This document shows, one piece after another, positions 38,499 to 46,830 of a stretch of 59,348 nt of DNA. Each line of letters starts with the position of its first letter. Within the stretch, counting starts at the first letter, position 1. Below the pieces are notes generated by a model. That model worked only from the letters and a program-made list of their open reading frames with translations. It was not told the origin of the DNA and did no database searches. The stretch spans positions 1 through 59,348 of IMG/VR virus record IMGVR_UViG_3300032242_002944. The stretch is one strand, 5' to 3'. This DNA is from a virus. Lineage: Duplodnaviria; Caudoviricetes. Position numbers and translations under genes: made by a program.

Positions 38499-38920
38499 GC
38501 TTCGCCGCCCTTCGAGTTGATAGCCTCCTCACCGCCCCCGATGGTGAACTCCACGCCAAAGTACTCCTTGGAAGCCTTAGCGACCTCGACCAGGTCGTCG
38601 TAGGCAAGCAGTACGCACTGCTCCGTGCCGCAGAACGTGAAGATGGCGACCTTGCCGGTGGCCAGCGGGTCCTTCTCCAGGCCCGCGTCGTCGAGAGACC
38701 CCTCCGGCAGGAACGCCGCGAAGAATTCGCCGCCCAGCACGAGCTTCCCCACCCCGCCAGCCGGGTTCGTGCGGTGCTTGACCTTTGCGAACGACGAATC
38801 ATCCTTGTGCGTGATGAAGACCACCCCGCGCTCCAGCTCGCCGCGCCCGAAGGCGCCCGCCACGGCCTTGGCCAGCATGGACCCCACCGCGATAGCCTTG
38901 TAGTGCTCGTCAGTCATCAC
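38495..38920 (-). CDS. Hypothetical protein
   Basis: Coupled in operon. Confidence 0.6.
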   Translation of the reverse strand: MMTDEHYKAIAVGSMLAKAVAGAFGRGELERGVVFITHKDDSSFAKVKHRTNPAGGVGKLVLGGEFFAAFLPEGSLDDAGLEKDPLATGKVAIFTFCGTEQCVLLAYDDLVEVAKASKEYFGVEFTIGGGEEAINSKGGEA

Positions 38921-38923
38921 CAG

Positions 38924-39163
38924 TCACCCTTCTTCGACTCGACGGGCCACACGCGCAAGGAAGTGACGCTTAGCTTCGTCGATTGTGGAGCAATTGACAG
39001 CTCGGGTGTAGGCGCCCCAGAAAGATTGGGAGAGCCGGTCCCAGTTTGCGGGGGCGACGTACGCGACGCCGACGTCTTGCAAAATTTCAACTTCATCTTC
39101 GCTATCAGTTTCATAAATGGCACAGTATTTGGCCTCGTCACCGACTACTACGATATATTTCAC
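38924..39163 (-). CDS. Hypothetical protein
   Basis: GTGA-coupled to terL. Confidence 0.55.
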   Translation of the reverse strand: MKYIVVVGDEAKYCAIYETDSEDEVEILQDVGVAYVAPANWDRLSQSFWGAYTRAVNCSTIDEAKRHFLARVARRVEEG

Positions 39164-40749
39164 TTACGCCTTCCGAACATGTTACGTTCGAATGTCTTCT
39201 GCTTCTGAATCGACCGGCGGACTTGTTTGAACCGTGCCTCCTTCAGGCGCGAGCCCATGGTCTCCACGGGATTTTGCTCTTTGTCAGGGACTGCCTCGTA
39301 GTCGCGGCAGAACACGCTCAGGGCGCCTACCAGTGATGGGATATAGTCGCAATGCCGACCGTCGTTAGTATGTGGGAGCTTGACGGAGACGCCCCCCGTT
39401 GGCATCGGAATCTTCCGCACACGTACGAGGTCAGAACGGAGGACGCGGTTGTCAGGAATCTGGATGTTACCTGCCTCGAAATGATCTTGTAGGGCACGGT
39501 AGTCTCTCGATCTTTCTGACGCTTTCGTCCGCCGCACGGCGAGCGAGAATCCGAACTCCCGGGCGCGCTCGATAAGCGGGTCCGCGAGCCAGCCGTCCGC
39601 AAACACGGTCTGGAGCTTGTACGTTTTCAGCACTTCGCCGATTTCGTACATTACCTCTTTCGAGTCGAGCGGCACGCCCGCCGACCCCCGCCACTCGTTC
39701 GCGTACACGACCTTGCGTTTGTTTCCAATCTTCGTCGCGATGACCAGCGTCCAGCCGTTCGACCGGGTCGCCGCGTCCATGGCCGCGATGTAGGTCGCCC
39801 CCGGCTGGTACGGAACCGACTCGACGCCCGACATGATCGACTCGTCTATCGAGAGCGGGTTGAACATGGCGCTCTCGGGAGAAAGAAACTCCGCAAGAAC
39901 GTCCGTTCGGTAGACTTCCGGGTCGCGCTTGCGCGCCTCCTCACAACGCGCCTCCGTCCACCACACCGGATTCAGGTAGTACGCCGGCGCTTTGCACGCG
40001 ATCAGGTCGACGGTAGGATTCTGAGAATGTCTGGAGATGATGTCGTAGAAAAACCCCTGTGGCGCCGTAGGCGACCCGGTGCCCAGGATGCCGCCCCCTG
40101 GGACCAGACGCTCCAAGGTGGCAGCCCGCGTGCTTTCGATATTGATTACGCTGTCGGACCCGCTGGCGATACGAGAGATTTCGTCGAACACGACGCCTGC
40201 CTGCCAGCGGGCGATCAGGCTCGCACCCTCGCGCTTGTTGGCGACGACGGCGACCTCGACCTCACGACCCGACTTCGGCTGCCGGATGTAGACGTAGTCC
40301 CCCCGCCGCGACACGAGCGGCCGGAGCGCTGGCGACGCCTCGCACCGCCCGATGAGATGCCCGAGCGTGACTTCAGCGAGGCTGATCTCCACGGAGATAA
40401 TGGAGATGCGCGGGACCTCGCCGGGGCCTAGGTGGGAGAAGTTACCGTTGAAAGCCCAATGGACGATAGCCGCCGCGTTCAAAAGGGACTTGCCGGACCG
40501 GATGCCGGCGGCGATGTACATTTCCTTGGGCGGATGCCCGTCCAACATAGACACGTCGCCCAGGCACTCCTGGACGTGCGGGTGGTACGCAAGTTCGAAC
40601 AGGGGGTCACCGCCGATGACACGGCACAACGCCCGCTGGAGCGGCGTCGCCGTCTTCATGCCGAAGTACAGAGGGTCCGTGAAGATCCGCTCAAGCGTGA
40701 TCTTCTGCCCCGTGACGTCGGCTAGCGCTGACTCCCAGTCGATAGGCAT
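39160..40749 (-). CDS. terL: Terminase large subunit
   Basis: TPLQ, AGIRSGKS Walker A, VVFDE Walker B, GSP, AAMDAA nuclease Asp, RHCD. Confidence 0.85.
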   Translation of the reverse strand: MPIDWESALADVTGQKITLERIFTDPLYFGMKTATPLQRALCRVIGGDPLFELAYHPHVQECLGDVSMLDGHPPKEMYIAAGIRSGKSLLNAAAIVHWAFNGNFSHLGPGEVPRISIISVEISLAEVTLGHLIGRCEASPALRPLVSRRGDYVYIRQPKSGREVEVAVVANKREGASLIARWQAGVVFDEISRIASGSDSVINIESTRAATLERLVPGGGILGTGSPTAPQGFFYDIISRHSQNPTVDLIACKAPAYYLNPVWWTEARCEEARKRDPEVYRTDVLAEFLSPESAMFNPLSIDESIMSGVESVPYQPGATYIAAMDAATRSNGWTLVIATKIGNKRKVVYANEWRGSAGVPLDSKEVMYEIGEVLKTYKLQTVFADGWLADPLIERAREFGFSLAVRRTKASERSRDYRALQDHFEAGNIQIPDNRVLRSDLVRVRKIPMPTGGVSVKLPHTNDGRHCDYIPSLVGALSVFCRDYEAVPDKEQNPVETMGSRLKEARFKQVRRSIQKQKTFERNMFGRRK

Positions 40750-41129
40750 CAGTACTGCGTGATGTGCGAGAGCGCAGGGCCGAAGACGATCACCGGCTTG
40801 CAGTACTCCGTCGCCTCAGGGTCGTAGCAGTTGTCCTCCGTGATGGGCCAGCTCAGCGTGAGCACGTTGATCGAGGGATAGTACTGCGCGCGCAGGCGCG
40901 GGACCTCGACGTGGTTGGTGTAGAGCAGCGGCAACGCGCGGCTGCCCGGCACCGGGCACGACACCGGGACTGCGAAGATGAACTCACCCCGCAGGGAGAA
41001 AGAACGGACTCCAGCGAAGGGATCCTCGTTGGTGGTGCCAGCTTCCGGAGCGGTGGGAGTAGGCGGAGATGCCTGCGACAGATCGGAGAGTCTTGAAGAT
41101 TTGTTCGCCACGCCAGTCTTTTCGTACAT
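40749..41129 (-). CDS. Hypothetical protein (start uncertain)
   Basis: Stop abuts terL start (TGATG). Confidence 0.5.
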   Translation of the reverse strand: MYEKTGVANKSSRLSDLSQASPPTPTAPEAGTTNEDPFAGVRSFSLRGEFIFAVPVSCPVPGSRALPLLYTNHVEVPRLRAQYYPSINVLTLSWPITEDNCYDPEATEYCKPVIVFGPALSHITQY

Positions 41130-41385
41130 ACGCGAAGTGTCCTGTTTCGTTAGAATGGGTCAAAAACCCGATGATGACGTTGTTGTCCTCTGCGTCAACC
41201 GCGCAGAGGGTAGAAGTGCTGTCGACAATCGAGATGACGTGCGGCGTCATCCATTGGTAGTAGGTATCGTCGTCCATGTTCGCGAATTCAGGGGCAAATC
41301 GCGCCCCCTTCGTGAAGCTCTTGACGATGAAGTGCCGGTGCTCGGGGAGCATCCGGATGACCTCGATAAGCGGTTTCTCAGTCAT
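40984..41385 (-). CDS. GNAT-like acetyltransferase
   Basis: IIGFL...HFAYVRKDWRGEQIFKTL resembles GNAT motif A. Confidence 0.55.
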   Translation of the reverse strand: MTEKPLIEVIRMLPEHRHFIVKSFTKGARFAPEFANMDDDTYYQWMTPHVISIVDSTSTLCAVDAEDNNVIIGFLTHSNETGHFAYVRKDWRGEQIFKTLRSVAGISAYSHRSGSWHHQRGSLRWSPFFLPAG

Positions 41386-41896
41386 CCTTCTCCTCAATCA
41401 GGACGCCCTCGACCAGCTCCGGTACCTGGTGTGCCGGCTTCATGTGCTGGACCTTCAGCATTTCCGTCTTTGCCCGCTCCCAAAAGAGCGGCTCCTCCCG
41501 GAAAAGCTGCAACGCGAAGTTGAACAGCTTCTCCCTCGCGTCCGTCGCCTGGGGGAGCTGCGCAGGCGCGGGGCCGCCGGTCAGTTGGTGCGTGACGCTG
41601 ACCTCGCGCTTGGTCGCAAAGCGCTCCGGACGCATGAGCTTGTACAGCTCCAGGTGCGCCTTCGAGCTTTTCTCAGCGAATTTGCGCGCACTCTGGAGAT
41701 GAACGTCGGCAGCCTGTGCCTCCGCGGCGAGGATCTGACCCTCGGCGAGCATGGCTTCTTCATCGCCGTTCATGACGTCCGACGCGAGCTGCGCGAGCGT
41801 CGGCCCCGGGATAGCCGCCATGGCGGCAGCGTCCCCCCTTGAGGACCCGTTTCGGAGATATTTGAGAAACTTCTCGAACTTCTCGGGCGGAATCAT
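41378..41896 (-). CDS. terS: Terminase small subunit
   Basis: N-terminal HTH (LRNGSSRGDAAAMAAI), AEAQA helix, RPERF..K; first gene of packaging operon. Confidence 0.65.
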   Translation of the reverse strand: MIPPEKFEKFLKYLRNGSSRGDAAAMAAIPGPTLAQLASDVMNGDEEAMLAEGQILAAEAQAADVHLQSARKFAEKSSKAHLELYKLMRPERFATKREVSVTHQLTGGPAPAQLPQATDAREKLFNFALQLFREEPLFWERAKTEMLKVQHMKPAHQVPELVEGVLIEEKDD

Positions 41897-41953
41897 TTTG
41901 CCGATGGGTTATTCTACCATCGACTGACCTTTTGGTCAATGCTAAAATAATGG

Positions 41954-42481
41954 ATGCGGTTTGTGCTGTCTTTTCTTTGTCTTACGCTCCTCGCCTGCTC
42001 CGTTGCGACCGCGCCGCCGCCTAAGGCGCCTGCACGCCTTCTGCCTCGCGTGGTTTGGTCGGTGTCGAACAGTTTTATGTGGACCGAAGCCGGGCTCGCC
42101 GCCGTCCGGGATGGCGTGGGGGCAATTAACCGCGCGTGCGGGCGGGAGATTCTGCACGAGGGTCGCGGCGGCGTGGTCGTCGTTCAGCGGTTCGCGATGG
42201 AGGACGTAATCGGCGACGAGGAGAACGGCATCGTCCTCGGGCTCTATGACTCGGATGCGAACACCGTATCACTGTACCTACCCGCTACCGAATCGCCGGA
42301 GCTGTTCCATTCGGTGGTGGCGCACGAATTTTTGCACGCGCTTGGAGAGTCCCATTTCGATGGGCCGCCTGGCGTGTCCATCATGGCCCCGACCGTCGAC
42401 AAGCAGTCTCCGGGCGTGACCCGGCTGGATATCGAACGGTTGGGGCCAGGGTGGGAGTGCCCTAGTCTGGCCGCCCCTTGA
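41954..42481 (+). CDS. Lipoprotein zinc metalloprotease (metzincin / matrixin-like)
   Basis: LTLLA-C lipobox, HEFLHALGESH (HExxHxxGxxH), Met-turn SIMAP; leaderless TAAAAT-5-ATG. Confidence 0.8.
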   Translation: MRFVLSFLCLTLLACSVATAPPPKAPARLLPRVVWSVSNSFMWTEAGLAAVRDGVGAINRACGREILHEGRGGVVVVQRFAMEDVIGDEENGIVLGLYDSDANTVSLYLPATESPELFHSVVAHEFLHALGESHFDGPPGVSIMAPTVDKQSPGVTRLDIERLGPGWECPSLAAP

Positions 42482-42653
42482 TGGGGGGCAGGCTGTCCTC
42501 CACAGCCTGGTAGTCTTCTTCGTCTACCAGCGCATGATACACGCCCAAGACCACGTCCATCCCAAACGGCCGGCTGCCGAACGCCGCGTCGCACACTGCA
42601 AGGGCACTGACCAGACGCGCGTGGACGGCGTCCTCGACTTTCTTACTGCTCAT
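42462..42653 (-). CDS. Hypothetical protein
   Basis: Coupled small ORF. Confidence 0.5.
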   Translation of the reverse strand: MSSKKVEDAVHARLVSALAVCDAAFGSRPFGMDVVLGVYHALVDEEDYQAVEDSLPPIKGRPD

Positions 42654-42861
42654 TTTTCACGCTCACGATCTTGTAGGTTGCGGGCAGCCAGTATAGAATA
42701 CGCAGTGCGTCACGAACAGACATGAAGCCGATGGCGTCCCCACGGATTTGCGTGAAGGTCGACAACGTGTCGCCAGTGCCGCAATGCTTGCACAGCGGGG
42801 AACGAAGGAGAAACGACTCCAGGTACTCGCCTTCGTGGTTCTTGATGTAGTACTTTTTCAC
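42643..42861 (-). CDS. Hypothetical protein (CxxC)
   Basis: GTGA-coupled start MKKYYIKN. Confidence 0.5.
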   Translation of the reverse strand: MKKYYIKNHEGEYLESFLLRSPLCKHCGTGDTLSTFTQIRGDAIGFMSVRDALRILYWLPATYKIVSVKNEQ

Positions 42862-43085
42862 GCGACAACGTCCTCCGGGATCATGGAATCGAACGAGTTC
42901 AGGTAGGCCCGCTCCGCGTGGAGCTGGGCGGCCATGGACGCCGCGTGCAACGTGCGGCTGACCTCGATCGGGGACGCCACGATGGCATACCACTGGCCGT
43001 TGGATAGCTGTCCCACAAAAAGACGAGTGGCCGGGTCCGGCTGCGCCTCCAGGTACGTAGATCGTTCGTTCCAGATCAGTAGCAT
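42858..43085 (-). CDS. Hypothetical protein
   Basis: Coupled small ORF. Confidence 0.5.
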   Translation of the reverse strand: MLLIWNERSTYLEAQPDPATRLFVGQLSNGQWYAIVASPIEVSRTLHAASMAAQLHAERAYLNSFDSMIPEDVVA

Positions 43086-43558
43086 GGCCAGTGGTTCTCC
43101 TTGAGTTCGTTTCGTTGGTCGAACACATACGTTTTGGTCAGGTAAGGCGCCATCGGCGTGCCCTCCTTGTGGCCGAGGCCCAGAACGTGGCCTAGCTCGT
43201 GGAGAGCGATCTCATATTCCATTGTCTCGCAGCCGCCTTTGAAGTACATATCCCCCCCTACCCCGGGGGCCGCGTGGCCGCACTCGATGCCGCCATCGGC
43301 GGCGCTGGCGTCCGGTGGGCTCGGCCCCGCGTCGCCGAACACCATGAAGTTGGCGGTATACTCCCCTGGCGGGCACGTCCGGTATAGAATCTTGGACCCG
43401 CAATACGCGTTCCACGTATCGATGGCCTGGTCGATAGGCGCCTCGTCAATCGTCCCGACAGCCGCCACTCGCACGCAGTAGGGGTCGCGGTACGGGCTGT
43501 ATGAGCACGCAGCAAACAGGATGGCCAGGATCACAGCGACAGCAACGGCGAGTTTCAT
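43076..43558 (-). CDS. Lipoprotein zinc metalloprotease (metzincin / matrixin-like)
   Basis: ILFAA-C lipobox, IDQAIDTWN, HELGHVLGLGH, Met-turn TPMAP; leaderless TATGCT-6-ATG. Confidence 0.82.
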   Translation of the reverse strand: MKLAVAVAVILAILFAACSYSPYRDPYCVRVAAVGTIDEAPIDQAIDTWNAYCGSKILYRTCPPGEYTANFMVFGDAGPSPPDASAADGGIECGHAAPGVGGDMYFKGGCETMEYEIALHELGHVLGLGHKEGTPMAPYLTKTYVFDQRNELKENHWPCY

Positions 43559-43572
43559 GGTATGAGCATAGC

Positions 43573-43728
43573 TCAAACGCATCGGCTGTAAAGGCCGAAG
43601 GCCCAATTAGCTAGGTTTTCACAGGACGAGCCGCTCGTGGCTAGGTATCGGGCGCCCGTCATCGACACGGGCATCCGGCGCCGCATCGTCGTCGACAGCC
43701 CCGGCACGTTGATGGACAGGTAGATCAT
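43573..43728 (-). CDS. Microprotein array member (51 aa, MIYLS...LYSRCV)
   Basis: ATGA-coupled; family termini. Confidence 0.6.
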   Translation of the reverse strand: MIYLSINVPGLSTTMRRRMPVSMTGARYLATSGSSCENLANWAFGLYSRCV

Positions 43729-43913
43729 TCGCAGGTGATCTGGCTCTGGCTCTGGAGGGCGGACGTGAGATAGCAGGTGAGGGACCATGTATATGCGGAA
43801 CCCGCAGAGCTGGTCCACATAGTGTATTCAAGCGTTTTGAACTTGGACATACGTGACTTGCACGTCACCGCGTGCGTGGACGCCAGGAAGTACGGGAGGC
43901 GGTACGTGATCAT
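43725..43913 (-). CDS. Microprotein array member (62 aa, MITYR...QITCE)
   Basis: ATGA-coupled at both ends. Confidence 0.6.
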   Translation of the reverse strand: MITYRLPYFLASTHAVTCKSRMSKFKTLEYTMWTSSAGSAYTWSLTCYLTSALQSQSQITCE

Positions 43914-44047
43914 TTGTAGGTCGTCACTAGGACTGCGCACCAACTGGTCCGCGAGCGTATGCGGTCACCGGAAAAAAACGAATGCCCTGCGCGGCAGCAA
44001 ACCGAGCGGCTCGGGGTGTTCCACCATAGGCGGATGTAGGTGATCAT
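43910..44047 (-). CDS. Microprotein array member (45 aa, MITYI...VTTYK)
   Basis: ATGA-coupled at both ends. Confidence 0.6.
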   Translation of the reverse strand: MITYIRLWWNTPSRSVCCRAGHSFFSGDRIRSRTSWCAVLVTTYK

Positions 44048-44208
44048 ACGCACGCGCTCCACAAACAGGCGGGCACCCAGTGCCGGATGCCTGTATAGTT
44101 TTCGTGCGCGACGTACGAGAACGTCGTCTGGCTGTAGAAACGATGGGTGGCCCAAAAGACGGACTTACCTGTTGCGGCCGGGGCGGGGCCGAAGATGGAG
44201 GCTGTCAT
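44044..44208 (-). CDS. Microprotein array member (54 aa, MTASI...LWSACV)
   Basis: ATGA-coupled at both ends. Confidence 0.6.
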   Translation of the reverse strand: MTASIFGPAPAATGKSVFWATHRFYSQTTFSYVAHENYTGIRHWVPACLWSACV

Positions 44209-44339
44209 CGGTACCGGCTCCACAGAAAGGTCGGGTTCGCGCCCTTGAAGCGTGACGTGCCCGAATACCAAGCGTAATCTGAATCCACGCACGACCGGCC
44301 CGAGAACAAGGGGGCGAGCGCGATAATGGCGGCGGTCAT
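44205..44339 (-). CDS. Microprotein array member (44 aa, MTAAI...LWSRYR)
   Basis: ATGA-coupled at both ends. Confidence 0.6.
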   Translation of the reverse strand: MTAAIIALAPLFSGRSCVDSDYAWYSGTSRFKGANPTFLWSRYR

Positions 44340-44488
44340 TGGTACCTGCTGTACAGCTCGTCGGAGTAGTTTTCCATGTGGGCGGTATAGCTCCACTCGC
44401 CCGTGTAGGAGTGCCAGTAATTGCAATGGCTGCGGAACATGCCAACGTCTGTGAGTACGTAGTACCGGAGGTTTAGGTAGGTCAGCAT
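44336..44488 (-). CDS. Microprotein array member (50 aa, MLTYL...LYSRYQ)
   Basis: Start overlaps MTase stop; manually translated. Confidence 0.6.
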   Translation of the reverse strand: MLTYLNLRYYVLTDVGMFRSHCNYWHSYTGEWSYTAHMENYSDELYSRYQ

Positions 44489-45222
44489 TCGCGCAGCCTA
44501 TGGAGCATGTTTTCGTAAATCCCAGGGTTGCGTTCGATGACGACGAACCGGCGGCCGTGCTTGCGGGCGGCCACAGCGGCCGTGCCCGAGCCGGCGAACA
44601 TATCGACGACCCATTCTCCAGGATTCGTGTGGGCCAGGATGGGGATCTCAAACAGCTTGACGGGTTTCTCCGTCGGGTGGGTCTTGCCCCTCAGAATCTC
44701 CGTGATGTCCGTCCACACGTTCGTGCGGCGGTAGAATTCGCTCTTGGCGGGATACTTCTTATTGTATCCTGCATACGGGCGTTTCGTGTCCAGGAGCGGA
44801 ATATTGAACAGCCTGGGCCTGTCTGCGTTGCAGAAATACGCGCACTCTTCCCGCGTGAATAAATACTTGTGCGGGGTCCCGTACGCGCGCTTTTTGGCCC
44901 AGGTTATGAGATCGAGCATTCGAAGTGGAGTACGTTCTTCACACTCACGTATGAAGTCGAAAAACGGTCTGTGACCGACCTTCCCCACCCCGCCCCACAC
45001 ATAGAACGCCGCCCCCCTAAGTGCGGCGCTTGAATAGTGCTGTAGCGTCGTTGCAAGCTCTTTTGGGTCCAGTACATCCCATTCCTCTTTCGTGATACCG
45101 CCGTACGGCGGGTCCGTGACGACTAGGGCGATCGGGTTCTGCGTAGCCGCGGCGATGACCGCAGGATCAGCAGCGTCGCCACGGATCGCCAGGCTGCCGT
45201 CGCTGAACGTGTGCGTGATCAA
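44482..45222 (-). CDS. DNA methyltransferase (N4C/N6A, beta class)
   Basis: VVTDPPY, HPTEKP, VVDMFAGSGT. Confidence 0.92.
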   Translation of the reverse strand: MITHTFSDGSLAIRGDAADPAVIAAATQNPIALVVTDPPYGGITKEEWDVLDPKELATTLQHYSSAALRGAAFYVWGGVGKVGHRPFFDFIRECEERTPLRMLDLITWAKKRAYGTPHKYLFTREECAYFCNADRPRLFNIPLLDTKRPYAGYNKKYPAKSEFYRRTNVWTDITEILRGKTHPTEKPVKLFEIPILAHTNPGEWVVDMFAGSGTAAVAARKHGRRFVVIERNPGIYENMLHRLREC

Positions 45223-45317
45223 TCGAAGTACCCCATGAGGGCGCCGAGGATGACGATGGTCGCGCCGGCCAGGATGATGCCGGTTACAGCAAGGGCGAGG
45301 AGCGCGAGGATGAACAT
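45219..45317 (-). CDS. Small membrane peptide (32 aa)
   Basis: MFILALLALAVTGIILAGATIVILGALMGYFD; TTGA coupling to MTase. Confidence 0.55.
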   Translation of the reverse strand: MFILALLALAVTGIILAGATIVILGALMGYFD

Positions 45318-45318
45318 T

Positions 45319-45498
45319 TTAGAAATCACTCCAGGGGGTGGGTAGGGCGGGCATGGTGGGGAACTGAGGCAGCGTCGGCGGGTCGGTGTGGGAGGTGGGG
45401 TCGGGCTCGGGGATGCACTCCGTGCAGACGTACGTGTCCATGGGCTCGTGGCGGCGGTCGGTGCGGGCGCCGCAGAGATAGCAGGTTCTCTCGCTCAT
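45319..45498 (-). CDS. Small zinc-finger protein with Pro-rich tail (59 aa)
   Basis: CYLC...CTEC; leaderless promoter TTGACC-16-TAGAAC-6-ATG. Confidence 0.6.
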   Translation of the reverse strand: MSERTCYLCGARTDRRHEPMDTYVCTECIPEPDPTSHTDPPTLPQFPTMPALPTPWSDF

Positions 45499-45528
45499 AG
45501 CGGTGTTCTAGCACGGTTTGGGCAGTGG

Positions 45529-45693
45529 TCAATAGGACGAGCACTGGTACTGGTTCACGCAGCTCCAGCCGTCGTTCGAGAACGACAGCGCCGGCTCGGA
45601 CGTTAGGAGGGGGATGTATCCGGGGCCTCGCAAGAACGTGGAGTGGTGTTGGCATCCCGGTCGGAATCTCCCGTGGACGGCAAGGTACATCAT
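45529..45693 (-). CDS. Microprotein array member (54 aa, MMYLA...QCSSY)
   Basis: ATGA-coupled. Confidence 0.6.
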   Translation of the reverse strand: MMYLAVHGRFRPGCQHHSTFLRGPGYIPLLTSEPALSFSNDGWSCVNQYQCSSY

Positions 45694-45827
45694 CGGGACC
45701 AGTGCGCGATGCAGACGGCCAGCGTGCGGTGGTGGTGGTAGGTGCACCACGGGGCTTGTGTGTAGCTCATGGCACTTAGGTAGACGGTCGGGGGCACGAG
45801 CGGGCGGTACTGGAGGATATGGATCAT
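45690..45827 (-). CDS. Microprotein array member (45 aa, MIHIL...HWSR)
   Basis: ATGA-coupled at both ends. Confidence 0.6.
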   Translation of the reverse strand: MIHILQYRPLVPPTVYLSAMSYTQAPWCTYHHHRTLAVCIAHWSR

Positions 45828-45982
45828 TCGCATGTGCTCGCGAGTTGGATGAGCAGGCCGGAGCCGACGAGGCTGGTGTTCTGGACGACGCGGGTTTCGC
45901 GGTCCGTCCGGGAGTGGGAGCGGGTGTGGGAGCGCGACGTGTAGAAGGGGTTGAACCGCCAGTGGGATAGGATGTGGATCAT
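45824..45982 (-). CDS. Microprotein array member (52 aa, MIHIL...ASTCE)
   Basis: ATGA-coupled at both ends; manually translated. Confidence 0.6.
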   Translation of the reverse strand: MIHILSHWRFNPFYTSRSHTRSHSRTDRETRVVQNTSLVGSGLLIQLASTCE

Positions 45983-46149
45983 CGCGCAAAAAAGAACAAT
46001 GAATCTTTGTGTCGAATGAAGCTGTACATGACATTGTAATCAGCCTGATTTGTAAACCTCATCATTAGTTTCACGCCAAACCTGCCGATGCGGGCTTTGA
46101 TCACAGAACTATCTGCGGGAGGGCGCAGAGGGTAGAGCGTTAGTAGCAT
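45979..46149 (-). CDS. Microprotein array member (56 aa, MLLTL...FFFAR)
   Basis: Coupled at both ends; manually translated; visibly AT-richer. Confidence 0.55.
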   Translation of the reverse strand: MLLTLYPLRPPADSSVIKARIGRFGVKLMMRFTNQADYNVMYSFIRHKDSLFFFAR

Positions 46150-46316
46150 GTCGTGTGCTCCAGAAATAGCCGATCCGAAGGCGGTGTGAGGATGTATACA
46201 ATACCGCTTCGGTCACTCGTAGTCGGATATCGGTTCGTGACGGATCTTTGCTTTCCCATAGCTATTCGGGATTCGCCTTTGATAGGCCACCTGCGGCGGA
46301 GGTAGGTTACTTGCAT
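46140..46316 (-). CDS. Microprotein array member (58 aa, MQVTY...HTTCY)
   Basis: 10-nt ATGCnnnTAA overlaps at both ends. Confidence 0.6.
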   Translation of the reverse strand: MQVTYLRRRWPIKGESRIAMGKQRSVTNRYPTTSDRSGIVYILTPPSDRLFLEHTTCY

Positions 46317-46453
46317 ACGGAATACATGAAATTTGCCCGCGTGTAGGCGCGGTCGGTCCAGCCTACAACCCAATAATTGTGCGCGAATTGGTACGGGTGC
46401 CTTTGGAGGTAAAGCCTCGACCCGCTTTTGATACGCGGTATTATGGCCATCAT
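46307..46453 (-). CDS. Microprotein array member (48 aa, MMAII...MYSVCK)
   Basis: Coupled at both ends. Confidence 0.6.
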   Translation of the reverse strand: MMAIIPRIKSGSRLYLQRHPYQFAHNYWVVGWTDRAYTRANFMYSVCK

Positions 46454-46647
46454 CGGTACACGCTCCGGCGGACGTAGAACTCCGGCGTGTTGATATGGCT
46501 GCCCAGGTTGCGGGCGTAATCGAACCCCGGCGCGCGGGTCCGCCGGATGCGGCCGTAGTGCTTCGGGAAGGTGAGCAGTTGGGGCGGCACGCTCAGCGCC
46601 GAGCGCCGGGTGGGGACGTACAGTGTGGCTGTATAGGGGAGGATCAT
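46450..46647 (-). CDS. Microprotein array member (65 aa, MILPY...RSVYR)
   Basis: ATGA-coupled. Confidence 0.6.
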   Translation of the reverse strand: MILPYTATLYVPTRRSALSVPPQLLTFPKHYGRIRRTRAPGFDYARNLGSHINTPEFYVRRSVYR

Positions 46648-46830
46648 CGGAACCGCGACCAGGTGGGCCAGGGGCAGATGGTGTCGCAGTTGCTTCGACT
46701 ATCGCCGCAGCAGTACGACCCGATGCCGGGTGCGGGAGTACATGGCCCGAAGACCGATGGGCCACTCCACGGGGTGGGACAGAGTGCTGCGGGAATCGTA
46801 CGGGTTGACGACGCGGTGGAGGGAGGTCAT
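46644..46830 (-). pseudogene. Frameshifted microprotein array member
   Basis: ATG 46830 frame stops at TAG 46699; the family-type end (WSRFR-TGA overlapping next ATG) is in the +1 frame; span is 187 nt = 3n+1. Confidence 0.5.

Noticed and set aside
46699-46701. TAG read-through or stop-codon recoding (TAG is in frame with the next unit)
   Set aside because: All large genes are intact in code 11, several genes end in TAG, no suppressor tRNA was seen, and a 1-nt indel explains the unit better
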